From the NCBI GenBank assembly GCA_902788095.1, contig CADAIT010000011.1, positions 1,949 to 65,948 of the forward strand: 64,000 bases of DNA. The letters run 5' to 3'. A program made the position numbers and the translations under genes. The stretch comes from an uncultured Bacteroidia bacterium (GTDB lineage: Bacteria > Bacteroidota > Bacteroidia > Bacteroidales > UBA932). Positions 1-9,958 of this stretch are shown piece by piece. The notes beneath the pieces were generated by a model, which was not told where the DNA came from, did no database searches, and saw nothing but the letters and a program-made list of their open reading frames with translations. Numbering within the stretch: position 1 is the first letter of the stretch; each line of letters starts with the position of its first letter.

Positions 1-13
1 CCCGCTCCGGTAC

Positions 14-889
14 ATGATTGCCATCGGCGGCAAGCGCATCCGTCCGCGGCTGTGCCTTGTTACCTACGGTTTTTTTGCCGATACCCTTACGCCGCAAATC
101 CTGGAACCGGCGGCCGGGCTGGAAGTTTTCCATACGTTCACCCTCATCCACGACGACATCATGGACCGCAGCCCGCTCCGGCGCGGACACGAAACGGTGT
201 GGAAAAAGTGGAACGAGGACACGGCCATCCTCAGTGGCGATGTGATGTGCATCGACGCCTACAAACGCATTGCACAGGCCCCGGCGGCCGTTTTGCCGCA
301 GGCGCTGGAACTGTTTTCCCGCACGGCTTCGCAGGTGTGCGACGGCCAGCAGATGGACATGGATTTCGAGACGCGGAACGATGTCACCATGCAGGAGTAC
401 ATGCAGATGATCGGCCTCAAGACGGGCGTGCTCATCGCCTGTGCCTCTCAGATGGGGGCCCTCATCGGCGGGGCCGACCTCCCGAGCCAGGAATGTCTGT
501 ACGACTACGGCTATTACCTGGGCCTGGCTTTCCAGGTGGCGGACGATTACCTGGACGCCTACGGTGACGAAAAGGTGTTCGGCAAGCCCATCGGCGGGGA
601 TATCCTGAATTGCAAGAAGTCCTGGCTTACCTTGAAGGCCCTGGAACTGGGTGCCGAAGGGCTGGAAGAGGCGCTGAACGCGCCGGCGGTTACTCCGGAG
701 GAAAAATCGGCCAAAATTGCCCGTGTAAAAGCCATTTACGACAGCGTAGGCGTGGCCGATGCCGCCAGAAAGGCCATCGCGGACCTCAGCGCCCGCGCTG
801 TTTTCAAGGGTTCCGACGCCCGCATGGACCCTGCCTGCAGCGACACCCTCAAAGCCTTTGCCCACGCCCTGGTGGGTCGTAACTTCTAA
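14..889 (+). CDS. Polyprenyl diphosphate synthase (geranyltranstransferase-type); probably 5'-truncated by the window edge
   Basis: GGKRIRP, first Asp-rich motif LIHDDIMD..LRRG, GQQMDM, KTG, second motif FQVADDYLD, GKPIGGD. Confidence 0.92.
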   Translation: MIAIGGKRIRPRLCLVTYGFFADTLTPQILEPAAGLEVFHTFTLIHDDIMDRSPLRRGHETVWKKWNEDTAILSGDVMCIDAYKRIAQAPAAVLPQALELFSRTASQVCDGQQMDMDFETRNDVTMQEYMQMIGLKTGVLIACASQMGALIGGADLPSQECLYDYGYYLGLAFQVADDYLDAYGDEKVFGKPIGGDILNCKKSWLTLKALELGAEGLEEALNAPAVTPEEKSAKIARVKAIYDSVGVADAARKAIADLSARAVFKGSDARMDPACSDTLKAFAHALVGRNF

Positions 890-892
890 TTT

Positions 893-2209
893 TTACAGCG
901 TGAGTTCCCCGCCGCGGTAGAACTCTACCAGGTGGGTCTGGAACAGGTACTCGTAGGTGGCCTGTGCCGCGTCCGACTGGGCTTTCACCAGGCGGTTGCG
1001 GGCCTCGTTGAACTCGGTGAAGGTGGCTTTCCCGTTCTCGTATTTCCCTTCCTGCAGCTCGAAGGCTGCCACGGCCGCAGTCTTTGCCTCGCGGGCGCTT
1101 TCCCATTTGGCCCGGGCTGCCACGGCGCCGTTCCACGCCTGGACAATCTCCTTGTACAGGCTGTTCTTGGCCCGCTGCAGCTGGATTTCCTGGTTGCTGT
1201 GGTTCAGGCGGGCGGTCCGCAGCTGGTTCCGGGCGCTGAAGCGGGTGAAGATGGGGACGCTCAGCGTCAGGCCCACGTATTGGCTGAAGTTGTTGCTCAG
1301 CTGGTTCCAGAAGCCCTGCGTGCCAAAGGTACTGTAGTAATTGCTTCCCATGCCGGCCGACAGGGACAGGCTGGGGAGGTGCTGTGCATGGGCCAGCTGG
1401 ATGGAACGGAACGTCCCTTCCAGCCGCAGTTCCTCCGCGCGGATGGCCGGTCGGATTTGTACGGCATCGGCAAAGATGTCGTCCGGATTGCTTAGCGGAA
1501 CTTCTTCCAGCAGAATGGCCGGCCGATGGATGTGAAAGCCTTCCCATGTGTGGAGCTCCAGCAGCTGCGCCAGGTCCAGCAGGGCGCTGCGCACGTTGTT
1601 CTGCGCCTGCACCCAGGTGAGTCGGCTGGAGGCCTGCGAAGCCTTTTGCTGGGCCAGGTCGGCGGCGGAGGCTTTGCCGTTGTCGAACATCCCCTGCAGA
1701 CGGGCCACCTGCAGGGAGTCAATCCCCAGCTGGTGTCGCGCAACGTCTTCAATCTCATAATTGTACAAGACCTGCACATAGGCTTTGGCTACGGCCATCC
1801 GGATGTCGTCCCGGGCTTTTTCCAGTTCCTGGGTGGCGGCTTCCAGGTTCAGGCGGGCCAGCTGGATGCGGCGGGGGGTGGCCAGGCCGTCGAACAGCGG
1901 CATGCTGCTGCTCAGGCTGAAACCCGTGGAGGCGCTGTTGCCGCGCTCGTAGGTGTTGTTTCCGCCGATTCCGCGGCCAAAGCTCCAGTTCTCGCTCACG
2001 GAACCGTTCAGGTTGGGCACCCAGGACCATTCGGCCGTGTTTTTGTCCACGGCGCTCTTTTCCCGGGCAATGTTTTGCGAGGCGATGGTGAGGTTATGCG
2101 ACAGCGCCCAGTCCATGCAGTCCTGAAGCGTCCAGGGACGGGAGAGGTCCGGAAGCGAATCCGCGGGCGCCTGCATCATGAGGGCCAGGGTGATTAACAA
2201 GGTTTTCAT
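893..2209 (-). CDS. TolC-family outer membrane efflux protein
   Basis: Signal peptide; WTLQDCMDWALSHN start; two OEP-like repeats (LSVPIF, YENGKAT); last gene of the ABC export operon. Confidence 0.9.
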   Translation of the reverse strand: MKTLLITLALMMQAPADSLPDLSRPWTLQDCMDWALSHNLTIASQNIAREKSAVDKNTAEWSWVPNLNGSVSENWSFGRGIGGNNTYERGNSASTGFSLSSSMPLFDGLATPRRIQLARLNLEAATQELEKARDDIRMAVAKAYVQVLYNYEIEDVARHQLGIDSLQVARLQGMFDNGKASAADLAQQKASQASSRLTWVQAQNNVRSALLDLAQLLELHTWEGFHIHRPAILLEEVPLSNPDDIFADAVQIRPAIRAEELRLEGTFRSIQLAHAQHLPSLSLSAGMGSNYYSTFGTQGFWNQLSNNFSQYVGLTLSVPIFTRFSARNQLRTARLNHSNQEIQLQRAKNSLYKEIVQAWNGAVAARAKWESAREAKTAAVAAFELQEGKYENGKATFTEFNEARNRLVKAQSDAAQATYEYLFQTHLVEFYRGGELTL

Positions 2210-2212
2210 GGC

Positions 2213-3304
2213 TTACTTGGAGGTGATGATTTGCGGCCCCCGGACCACGTCGTCCAGGGACAGGCCACGCTTGATTTCAATATTGACGCCGTCGGAGAGG
2301 CCTGTTTCCACATCCCGGCGTTCGAATTCCCGGTCGTTCTTCACGTACACGTATGTCTGCTCTCCTTCATACTGGATGGCGCTTTCCGGCAGGGTAATCA
2401 CGTCTTTGGCCTCCTGCAGCACGATTTCCGCGTTGGCGCTGTAGCCGCTGCGGATGGTGACATCGGCCGGAACTTTCACGGACGCCTTGATTTCGAAGAG
2501 GTTGGTGCCGTTGCTTTCGGTGGCCTTGGGGGCGATGTATTCCAGCGCGGCCTCGAAGTTCACATCCTGCAGCGCACCCACGGAGATGCGTACCGGCAGG
2601 CCCAGGTGCAGGCGGCCCACCTCGGTTTCGTCGATGTTTCCGTCGAAGATGAGGTCGTTCATGTTGGCTACCGTGGCGATGGTGGTGCCGTCGTTGAAGG
2701 TGTTGGAGTTGATGACGGAATTGCCCACTTTCACCGGCACGTCCAGGATGAGGCCCGAAATGGTGGAGCGGATGAGCGTGGTGCTCCCGGTTTTGTTGGA
2801 CGACGACACGCCGTCCCGCACAATCTCCAGGGCTTCCTGGGCAATCGCGTGCTCCTCCTTCGCCTGTTTGAGCGCCTGGCGTATCTTTTCGTACTCGTCG
2901 GCACTGACCAGCTGCTTGTCGTACAGGGCTTTTTCGCGGTCGTAGTTCTTCTGCGCCTGCTCCAGGTTCACCTGACTCAGGCGTACGCGGCTCTGGGCGC
3001 TGGCCAGTTGGTTCATGTCGGGAATCACCTTCAATTTGGCGATAACCTCATTCTCCTTGACGGTCTGGCCGGCTTCCTTGTACACCTCGGCCACGATACC
3101 GCTGATTTGCGGTTTCACGTTCACCTCGTCCCGCGGCTGGATTTTGCCGGTGACGACGGTGCTTTTGGAAATGGTTCCCATGGCGGGGGAAAGCTCCTGA
3201 AAGCGAATCTCTTTTGGCTGGGAGCGCTTGAACAGGTAGCCGAAGGTGCCCAGAAAAACGAGGGCAATCAGGGCGATGAGCAGGAATTTACCGAACTTTT
3301 TCAT
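2213..3304 (-). CDS. Periplasmic adaptor / membrane fusion protein (MacA/HlyD-like)
   Basis: N-terminal TM; VKPQISGIV and IRSTISG lipoyl halves around a coiled coil; IDETEVG; ETGLSDG. Confidence 0.9.
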   Translation of the reverse strand: MKKFGKFLLIALIALVFLGTFGYLFKRSQPKEIRFQELSPAMGTISKSTVVTGKIQPRDEVNVKPQISGIVAEVYKEAGQTVKENEVIAKLKVIPDMNQLASAQSRVRLSQVNLEQAQKNYDREKALYDKQLVSADEYEKIRQALKQAKEEHAIAQEALEIVRDGVSSSNKTGSTTLIRSTISGLILDVPVKVGNSVINSNTFNDGTTIATVANMNDLIFDGNIDETEVGRLHLGLPVRISVGALQDVNFEAALEYIAPKATESNGTNLFEIKASVKVPADVTIRSGYSANAEIVLQEAKDVITLPESAIQYEGEQTYVYVKNDREFERRDVETGLSDGVNIEIKRGLSLDDVVRGPQIITSK

Positions 3305-3318
3305 ATCTGTTGTTTTTA

Positions 3319-4572
3319 TTATTCATCTCGCATGGCATCTACGGGTTTGATCTGCATGGCGCGGGAGGCGGGCATCAGGCCGGCCACGACGCCCAGCAAG
3401 GTAAGCAGCGAGGCCGCCAGCACAGCCGTGCCGAAGGGTACCTGGAACGGCGCCTTGAGAATGCCGTCCGTGGTCATGCCCAGCTCCACCACGTACAGGA
3501 TGAGTACGCTGAACACGATGCCGCTCATGCCGGATACCAGCGTGAGCACGGTGCTTTCCACGATAATCTGTCCCAGGATTTGCCGCGGTGTAGCGCCGAT
3601 GGCCCGGCGGATGCCAATTTCGGTGGTGCGCTCTTTCACGCTCACCATCATGATGTTGGACACGCCGATCACACCGGCCAGCAGGGTTCCCAGGCCGATG
3701 AGCCAGATAAGGAAATTCACGCCGTTGAACAGGTTGTCCACAATGCCGAAAATCAGTTGCGTATTCAGCAGGAACATGGCCTGTTCGTCTTCCGGATGGA
3801 TATAGTGTGCCCGGGCAATCACTTTCCGTACGCGCGGGAGGATATCGTTCATGACGATGCCTTCCTTGGCGGTGAAGCAAATCATGTGCACGGTATTGCC
3901 CATGTTGTAGGCCTTCCGCGCCAGGCTGATGGGAATGGTCACCGTCTCGGAAGCGCTGCCGTTTATGTTGATGCCGCCGGCCTCCTTCCAGTCCACGCCC
4001 ACCACGCTGTAGTACGCGCCGTCCACCTTGATGCGCTGCCCGCAAGGGTCTCCGCCTTCCGGAAACAGCTCGTTGTACACTTTTTTGCCGATTACGCACA
4101 CCTTGCGTTCCTGGGCGATGTCGGCATCGTTGATGTAGCGTCCATACCGCATTTGGGGCGTTTCGATGCGGGCATAATCGGCCCGGTTGCCTTTCACGAC
4201 GGCCGAGGACGATACGGTCTCGCCGCGCGCGACGCTCTTGCCCCACAGGCTGACGGACGGGGTCACGGTCTCCACCTCCGGAATCAGGTTTTTGATGCGG
4301 TCCACGTCGGCATATTCCATGTTCCAGCTGCGTCCTTTCTTGAAGCCCTTGTAGGGTTTGGTGGTGTTGCCGGCAAAGACAATGCAGGTATTCTGCGCAA
4401 AGCCCTCGAACTCGTTGTTGAGGATTTGCTTGAGCCCCTGCCCGCCGCCGATGAGCAGCATGAGCATGAAGATGCCCCAGAATACGCCGAAACCGGTAAG
4501 GAAGCTCCTGCTGCGGTTGCGCAGGATGCTGTCCAGAATCTCCCGGAAAGTATCTGTATCAAACCATTTCAT
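3319..4572 (-). CDS. ABC transporter permease, MacB/FtsX family
   Basis: RSFLTGFGVFWG; GVSNIMMVSVKERTTEIGIRRAIGA; PASRAMQIKPVDAMRDE. Confidence 0.92.
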   Translation of the reverse strand: MKWFDTDTFREILDSILRNRSRSFLTGFGVFWGIFMLMLLIGGGQGLKQILNNEFEGFAQNTCIVFAGNTTKPYKGFKKGRSWNMEYADVDRIKNLIPEVETVTPSVSLWGKSVARGETVSSSAVVKGNRADYARIETPQMRYGRYINDADIAQERKVCVIGKKVYNELFPEGGDPCGQRIKVDGAYYSVVGVDWKEAGGININGSASETVTIPISLARKAYNMGNTVHMICFTAKEGIVMNDILPRVRKVIARAHYIHPEDEQAMFLLNTQLIFGIVDNLFNGVNFLIWLIGLGTLLAGVIGVSNIMMVSVKERTTEIGIRRAIGATPRQILGQIIVESTVLTLVSGMSGIVFSVLILYVVELGMTTDGILKAPFQVPFGTAVLAASLLTLLGVVAGLMPASRAMQIKPVDAMRDE

Positions 4573-5831
4573 TCGGCTCTCAGGGCTTCAATGGGTTTTA
4601 CACGGGCCGCTTTCCAGGCGGGAATAATCCCGGCCAGGGTACCGGCCAAAACAAGCAGCAGGGTGGCTTCTATGGCCACATCTACGCCCACGGACGGGTT
4701 CACCAGCATCTTGATTTCCTCGAAGCCGATGTTCACGCCTTTCCGGGCCACCGTCTTGTCCAGGATTTCGCACGCCACCATGCCCAGCAGCATGCCCACA
4801 TAGCCGAACAGGGCGGTGATGCTCACGCTCTCGGCAATGATGAGTTTAAGGATGTCGCCGGGTTTTGCGCCGATGGCCTTGCGGATGCCGAACTCGTGCG
4901 TGCGCTCTTTTACGGTGATGAGCATGATGTTGGACACGCCTACGATACCGCTCACCAGCGTGAGCAGGCCCAGAATCCACATGGCAATCGTGAGGATGCG
5001 GCTCGCGTTGGACATTTGCAGGTTCTCGGTGTAGCCGTTCCTTATCCAGATGCCGCGCTGGTCGTCCGGGGCAATGCTGTGCAGACGTTTGATGGCCCCG
5101 CCGTACTCCTCCTGGAAGGTCTGGTGCTCCTGCAGGGTGCGCGGTCCTTCCACGGTGAAGGTGATGGATTCGATTTTGTCGGAGGGGTCGAAAATGCGTT
5201 TGTAGGTGGAGTAGGGGATGGGGCTGCTGCGCCGGAAACTCTGCTCGTCGGTATGGTAGATGCCCACTACGCGGAAAGCGATTTCGCCGGCGCCGACCCA
5301 TTGGCCGATAAGGGCTTCCGGTTTTTGGGGGCTCAGTTCCTTGGCCTGCGCCAGGCTCATCACCATCACCTTGCGGCACGCGTCCATGTCTCCCTGGTTG
5401 ATGTATCGGCCTGCCGCCATCTGCAGTTTTTCCTGTTCCAGGTGCTCGGGCATTTTTCCTTCCATCCAGGCGCCTACGCTGTTGCCGCCCAGGGTGAGGG
5501 TGACGCTTTTGCCCGTCGTGGCGGTAATTACATTGTGGATACGGCCTTCCCAGTCCTTACCCTTGGTGTATTCCAAGTCTTTGTTGTCCAGTTGGATACG
5601 ACGGTTTTCCTTGTATCCCGCATAGGGTTTGGAGGTGCGCCATCCTTCCACGGAAATGCTCTGGCTCACATACTGCTCCATATTCCCCATGAAGGAGTTC
5701 ATGAGGCCGTTGCCGGCGCCCAGCAGCGCAATGAGCAGGAAGATGCCCCAGCTCACCGCAAAGCCCGTGAGGGCCGTGCGGAGCTTGTTCTGCCGCAGGG
5801 AACTGCCTATTTCGTGGAATAATTCGCGCAT
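4569..5831 (-). CDS. ABC transporter permease, MacB/FtsX family (second paralogue)
   Basis: RTALTGFAVSWG; GVSNIMLITVKERTHEFGIRKAIGA; PAWKAARVKPIEALRAE; 4-bp overlap with the next gene. Confidence 0.92.
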   Translation of the reverse strand: MRELFHEIGSSLRQNKLRTALTGFAVSWGIFLLIALLGAGNGLMNSFMGNMEQYVSQSISVEGWRTSKPYAGYKENRRIQLDNKDLEYTKGKDWEGRIHNVITATTGKSVTLTLGGNSVGAWMEGKMPEHLEQEKLQMAAGRYINQGDMDACRKVMVMSLAQAKELSPQKPEALIGQWVGAGEIAFRVVGIYHTDEQSFRRSSPIPYSTYKRIFDPSDKIESITFTVEGPRTLQEHQTFQEEYGGAIKRLHSIAPDDQRGIWIRNGYTENLQMSNASRILTIAMWILGLLTLVSGIVGVSNIMLITVKERTHEFGIRKAIGAKPGDILKLIIAESVSITALFGYVGMLLGMVACEILDKTVARKGVNIGFEEIKMLVNPSVGVDVAIEATLLLVLAGTLAGIIPAWKAARVKPIEALRAE

Positions 5832-5858
5832 AAAGTCATTCTGAGCTTGCCGAAGAAT

Positions 5859-6575
5859 CTATTTCATCGCCGACCCTTGCCAGGCCGCATGGCTGAAGTT
5901 CTCTTCAATCTTCCCGATGATTCCATCCTTTATATGGATGATTTTGTCGGTTTCATTGGCCACGCCGCCCTCGTGCGTTACTACTATAATGGTAATGTTG
6001 TCCTCTTTGTTCAGCTGTTTGAGGAGCTGCATCACTTCTACGCTGGTCTTGGAGTCCAGGGCGCCGGTGGGTTCATCGGCCAGGATAATCCGAGGCTGGG
6101 TAATGAGGGCGCGGGCGATGGCGACACGCTGCTTCTGGCCGCCGGACATCTCGTTGGGGAAGTGGTTCGCCCAGGGCGTGAGGCCCATTTTCTCCAGGTA
6201 TTCCATGGCCAGCTGCTGGCGTTTCTTGCGCGGGACGCCCTGGTAGTAAAGCGGCAGTTCAACGTTTTCCACGGCTGTTTTGAAGCCGATGAGGTTGAAA
6301 CTCTGGAAAATGAATCCTATCATGCGGTTGCGGTAGTCCGCCGCCTGTTTTTCGCTCAGGTCCTTGATGAGTTTGCCGTCCAGGTGGTAGGTGCCGGTGT
6401 CGTAGTTGTCCAGGATGCCCAGGATGTTCAGGAGGGTACTCTTCCCGGAGCCGGAAGCGCCCATGATGGATACGAATTCCCCCCGCTCGATTTGCAGGTT
6501 GATGCCTTTCAGGACGTGCAGGGGCTGTCCGTTGTTGTAGGTTTTGTTGATATCGTTCAGTTCGATGAGCGCCAT
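5859..6575 (-). CDS. ABC transporter ATP-binding protein (LolD/MacB-like)
   Basis: Walker A GASGSGKS, signature MSGGQKQR, Walker [13 protein letters not shown]. Confidence 0.95.
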   Translation of the reverse strand: MALIELNDINKTYNNGQPLHVLKGINLQIERGEFVSIMGASGSGKSTLLNILGILDNYDTGTYHLDGKLIKDLSEKQAADYRNRMIGFIFQSFNLIGFKTAVENVELPLYYQGVPRKKRQQLAMEYLEKMGLTPWANHFPNEMSGGQKQRVAIARALITQPRIILADEPTGALDSKTSVEVMQLLKQLNKEDNITIIVVTHEGGVANETDKIIHIKDGIIGKIEENFSHAAWQGSAMK

Positions 6576-6604
6576 TTCTGCTGTATTAGTATGCTATTAC
6601 ACTG

Positions 6605-6636
6605 CAAATATAGAGGCTATTTTTGAAACCACCAAA
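6605..6636 (-). promoter_or_regulatory. Bacteroidota sigma-A promoter of the export operon
   Basis: Minus strand TTTG (6633-6636), 20-nt spacer, TATATTTG (6605-6612); matches the -33 TTTG / -7 TAnnTTTG consensus. Confidence 0.65.
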
Positions 6637-6720
6637 TTTTTTTGCAAAATTTATGCTATGGGCCGGTTTTTCAGGGGGCAAGCCGGTCCCGCCAAGGGCG
6701 CGTTCAGGGTATAAAACGTG

Positions 6721-6750
6721 CCACGGGCGGACCTTTCGGACCGCCCGTGG
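6721..6750 (-). terminator. GC-rich hairpin downstream of the GH146-like gene
   Basis: CCACGGGCGG...CCGCCCGTGG perfect 10-bp stem about 35 nt after the stop codon. Confidence 0.55.
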
Positions 6751-6785
6751 AGCATTTTCGGGGCCAAATGTGCCCGCGGAAGTTC

Positions 6786-9674
6786 TTACAAAGCCTTGAT
6801 GGCACCTTCCAGACGACGGTAGGCAATGTCGATGAAGTCCTTGGTGCCGGAACCGTCATTTACGTAGCCGATGACCATGTCGGCAAAGTCAATGGCTTCG
6901 CGGAGCGGCGTGCTCTTGTCCTGAATCTCCTTGGCTTGGGTGACCAGCTTGAGCAGGGCATCCAGATCTTCCGGCTCGGCCAGGTTGCCGGGGCGCATGG
7001 AATTGATGGCCGCATTCAGGGACGACGTGGCTTTGGTTACGGCATCCTGCTTGGCGTTTTCATCGGCAAGGACGGCCTCTGCGGCAGTCATTTGCTCCTG
7101 CATGCGGGCATAGCCGTTGGGAGCCCAGGGTGCAAACGGAGGCACTTTTTCCGCAAGGGCGTTCCAGGCGTCCTGGGCCTCCACGCGGGAACGGGCAATC
7201 TTCACGGCCTGCTCCAGGTAGGTCTTGTCCACTACGCCGGGCTTGGCGGCTTCCTTGTTGCCGGTGAGCACGTTCAGGCGCAGGTAGTGCGTGCTGTGTC
7301 CGGTCATGTAGTAGTCCGGATAGAAGGTTTTGTCGGCCAGGGTGAGGCTGTACACGTTGCCGTTGGTTCCCTCTCCGCCGGTGCTCCCCTTGAGGACAAT
7401 GTCTTTCAGGTCGGCGTCCAGGGTGAATTCGGCCTGTTCCCACACGGTGATGTCCGGGGTGGCCATTACCAGCGGACCGTACATGATGGCACCTTCCCAC
7501 ATGGGCTCGAAGGGCGTGCGGGCCTCGTTGACACCCGTTGCGGCCAGGTCCATCTTGTCGGGACCGAAGTGGATGTGGGCGCCGAAGGGCATCTTCACTT
7601 CCACCTTGTCGCCGGCCTTCCACTCGCGCTCGGGGATTTCCACGTAGGAGCAGGGGGCGTACTTCTTGGCCACGGACTTGCCGTTGAGCTTGATGCTGAA
7701 TCCCTTGGTGGCCCAGGACGGCACGCGCAGTTTCATGGCGAAACGGCCGCCTTTGTCAATACGGATCAGCGTGTTCTCGGCCGGCCAGGCACATTCCTGC
7801 GTGAATTCCACGTCCTTGGCAGCCCAGCGTACCTTTGTGGGCAGGTACAGTGCCACCCAGAGGGTGTTGTCGTTCACAAAGTATGCGGCTTCCTGGTATT
7901 TTACGTGATTCTCCGCACCGGTACCGCCGCAGCAGGTGCTCTGGGGCGTTTCGCTGCCGAAGGGCTTGGTGGCGTTCATGCCCACGGCATACTGGTAGCA
8001 CACGCCGTATTCCTCGGGATGGACGGAACCCACCAGCTGGTTGTACAGCACACGCTCGTAGTAGTCCATGTAGCGGGCGTCGTCCGGGTTGAAGCCGTTC
8101 AGGTCCTTGGTGAGCTTGGCCAGGTTGTAGGCGCAGCAGGTTTCGTTGATGTCCGGATTGGGGAACAGATTGCCCTTGCGGTCGCTCATGACGCTGGTGT
8201 TCATGCTCATCATCTGGGAGTAAGGCTGGCGGAACATTTCGCCGTTGCCCACGCCGCCCATGGCGTAAGCGTATCGGCCCTGAATCATTTCCCAGAAGTT
8301 GGAGGCGATATTATAGTAACGCGGGTCTCCGCCCACCTCGTAGGATTTGAGCGCGCCCACAATCATGGGGATGTGCTGGTTGGCGTGGCGGGTGCGGATA
8401 TCGTCAATGTTGCGGGACAGCGGCTCGTAGAAGGCGGGGGCGTCAAAATAGGACGCGGCCTCTGCCAGGCGCTGTTTTTCCGTGGCGTCGGATACCATGT
8501 CGCTCAGGCGGGCCAGGGATTCCTGCATGCCGCCCACTTCGCCGGCAATGTACATATTCCACATTTCGTAGCGGTTGCCGGGACGGGCCTGGCGCTCCGC
8601 CTTGGTACCGTCGGTCTTCACGTACGTGCGGTAATGGAGACGGTTCCACACCCACAGGCCCATGTCTTTGGCAATGAGCAGCGCCTTGGCGGCAATGGCT
8701 TCGTCGTCAATGGTATTGGCAATGTCGATAAGGCCGGCAAGCTGCTTGTGGATGGAATAGTACGGGGCCCATACGCCGCTGAAGTTGTTGTAGGCGGTGT
8801 AGTTCTCGATGAGGACGGGGTGCTGGGCGGGAATGGCGTTGATGTAGCCGTAGCCGTACTTGGTGCAGTCTTTCTTATATTGGTCGAAAGCGTCCCAGGT
8901 TCCCTTCATCTTCTTCAGTTCGGCTTCCGGGGCCAGGTCACGGGCTTCGCGGTAGCGGCCCAGTTTTTTGTCATATACGAACGTAAGCTCCTGACAGGCA
9001 CGGAGTTCGTCCACCATGCGGCGGATATTGGCCTTGAGGGCGGCCTTCTGCTCCGGGTCGTCGGTGCTGGCAAAGGCGAAGGCCAGGGCGCTCATGTAGT
9101 GGCCGCTGCCGTGTCCCTTGAGCTTGGTTTCCGGGGAATCCCATCCGTCGCTCTCCGTGTAGCCTTCCGTGGGGAGGCCGTAGGTGTCGCGGTAGTTGTA
9201 CAGCTGCTGGGTGATGTCCAGGGACAACAGGTTGCGGATATCCATATCCCGGTTGCCGGTGAGACGGTTGTCGCCGATGAGTTTCACATCGCCCTGCGGT
9301 AGGGGCCGTGCCACCAGGGACGGGGTTTCCCAGGCACCTTCCACCACACTGACGGAGGCTTCCAGCGGGTAACCGTTTTCGGTGGTGTTGTCACCAATCA
9401 CATATCCTTTCACCGTGTAGGTGCTGCCTGCGGGCAGGGCGGCTTCCTCTTCCTCGGTTTCGCGGAGGGAGTTGGTCCATTTTACTTGGCGCCATTCCTG
9501 GGTGCCGTCGGCATAGGTTACCTGGATTTGCCAGGGAAGACGGGGTGCCGTGCCTTGCGGTGTTTCCACCGTTATGGCCGGGACTTCCTGGATGGTACGT
9601 GCAGTTTTTGTGGGGTTGCAGGCTGCCACCAGCGCGGCAACGAGAGCAATTTTGGCTATGGTTTTCATACGCAT
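6786..9674 (-). CDS. GH127/GH146-type beta-L-arabinofuranosidase lipoprotein (GH146-like) with N-terminal Ig-like and C-terminal FIVAR-like modules
   Basis: Lipobox ALVAAC after MRMKTIAK (start 9674 or 9668, not 9770); GHYMSA, WAPYY..HK..AGL, GEVGGM, HANQHIP, ETCCAYNLAKL, DYYERVLYN, CCGGTG motifs. Confidence 0.85.
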   Translation of the reverse strand: MRMKTIAKIALVAALVAACNPTKTARTIQEVPAITVETPQGTAPRLPWQIQVTYADGTQEWRQVKWTNSLRETEEEEAALPAGSTYTVKGYVIGDNTTENGYPLEASVSVVEGAWETPSLVARPLPQGDVKLIGDNRLTGNRDMDIRNLLSLDITQQLYNYRDTYGLPTEGYTESDGWDSPETKLKGHGSGHYMSALAFAFASTDDPEQKAALKANIRRMVDELRACQELTFVYDKKLGRYREARDLAPEAELKKMKGTWDAFDQYKKDCTKYGYGYINAIPAQHPVLIENYTAYNNFSGVWAPYYSIHKQLAGLIDIANTIDDEAIAAKALLIAKDMGLWVWNRLHYRTYVKTDGTKAERQARPGNRYEMWNMYIAGEVGGMQESLARLSDMVSDATEKQRLAEAASYFDAPAFYEPLSRNIDDIRTRHANQHIPMIVGALKSYEVGGDPRYYNIASNFWEMIQGRYAYAMGGVGNGEMFRQPYSQMMSMNTSVMSDRKGNLFPNPDINETCCAYNLAKLTKDLNGFNPDDARYMDYYERVLYNQLVGSVHPEEYGVCYQYAVGMNATKPFGSETPQSTCCGGTGAENHVKYQEAAYFVNDNTLWVALYLPTKVRWAAKDVEFTQECAWPAENTLIRIDKGGRFAMKLRVPSWATKGFSIKLNGKSVAKKYAPCSYVEIPEREWKAGDKVEVKMPFGAHIHFGPDKMDLAATGVNEARTPFEPMWEGAIMYGPLVMATPDITVWEQAEFTLDADLKDIVLKGSTGGEGTNGNVYSLTLADKTFYPDYYMTGHSTHYLRLNVLTGNKEAAKPGVVDKTYLEQAVKIARSRVEAQDAWNALAEKVPPFAPWAPNGYARMQEQMTAAEAVLADENAKQDAVTKATSSLNAAINSMRPGNLAEPEDLDALLKLVTQAKEIQDKSTPLREAIDFADMVIGYVNDGSGTKDFIDIAYRRLEGAIKAL

Positions 9675-9689
9675 ATAATGTGGTTGATA

Positions 9690-9755
9690 CAAAAATAACA
9701 AAAAGGAAGGCTCGCGGCTTGTATTATAGTCCCAATTTCTGTAAAAATCCTCCAA
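9690..9755 (-). promoter_or_regulatory. Promoter (-7 TATTTTTG, 9690-9697) with direct-repeat operator TTGGAG-N15-TGGGAC (9729-9755)
   Basis: Same motif, 21-bp period and 31-nt spacing to the -7 box as at four other promoters in the locus. Confidence 0.65.
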
Positions 9756-9770
9756 TTTATAAGTGCGCAA

Positions 9771-9879
9771 GCCACGTGCCCGTCATTTTGGGCCGATTTT
9801 GCCGGCGCCCTGGCTCGGTGGGGCCACTTGCCCGTCATTTTGGGCCGATTTCGCCGGCGCCCTGGCTCGGCTGCGCCAC
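9771..9879 (+). repeat. 52-bp tandem intergenic repeat, 2 units plus a partial unit
   Basis: GCCAC starts at 9771, 9823, 9875; unit GCCAC.TGCCCGTCATTTTGGGCCGATTT.GCCGGCGCCCTGGCTCGG. Confidence 0.9.
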
Positions 9880-9958
9880 GGCCCCGCCCCCTATAATGCG
9901 CAACCGGCGGGCCGATTGGTCCGCCAGTGCTGCGTTTTATGCCCGAATCGGCCAGGCC

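Noticed and set aside
893-6575. ABC-TolC exporter as part of the utilisation system
   Set aside because: It has its own consensus promoter without the TTGGAC operator, is separated by a hairpin, and is a common Bacteroidota operon
6642-9302. Long antisense ORFs (also 17542-19770, 20059-22182, 28459-31560, 40048-41868, 49541-52054, 53487-55736)
   Set aside because: They mirror motif-bearing genes on the opposite strand, as expected from strong codon bias, and show no recognisable domains
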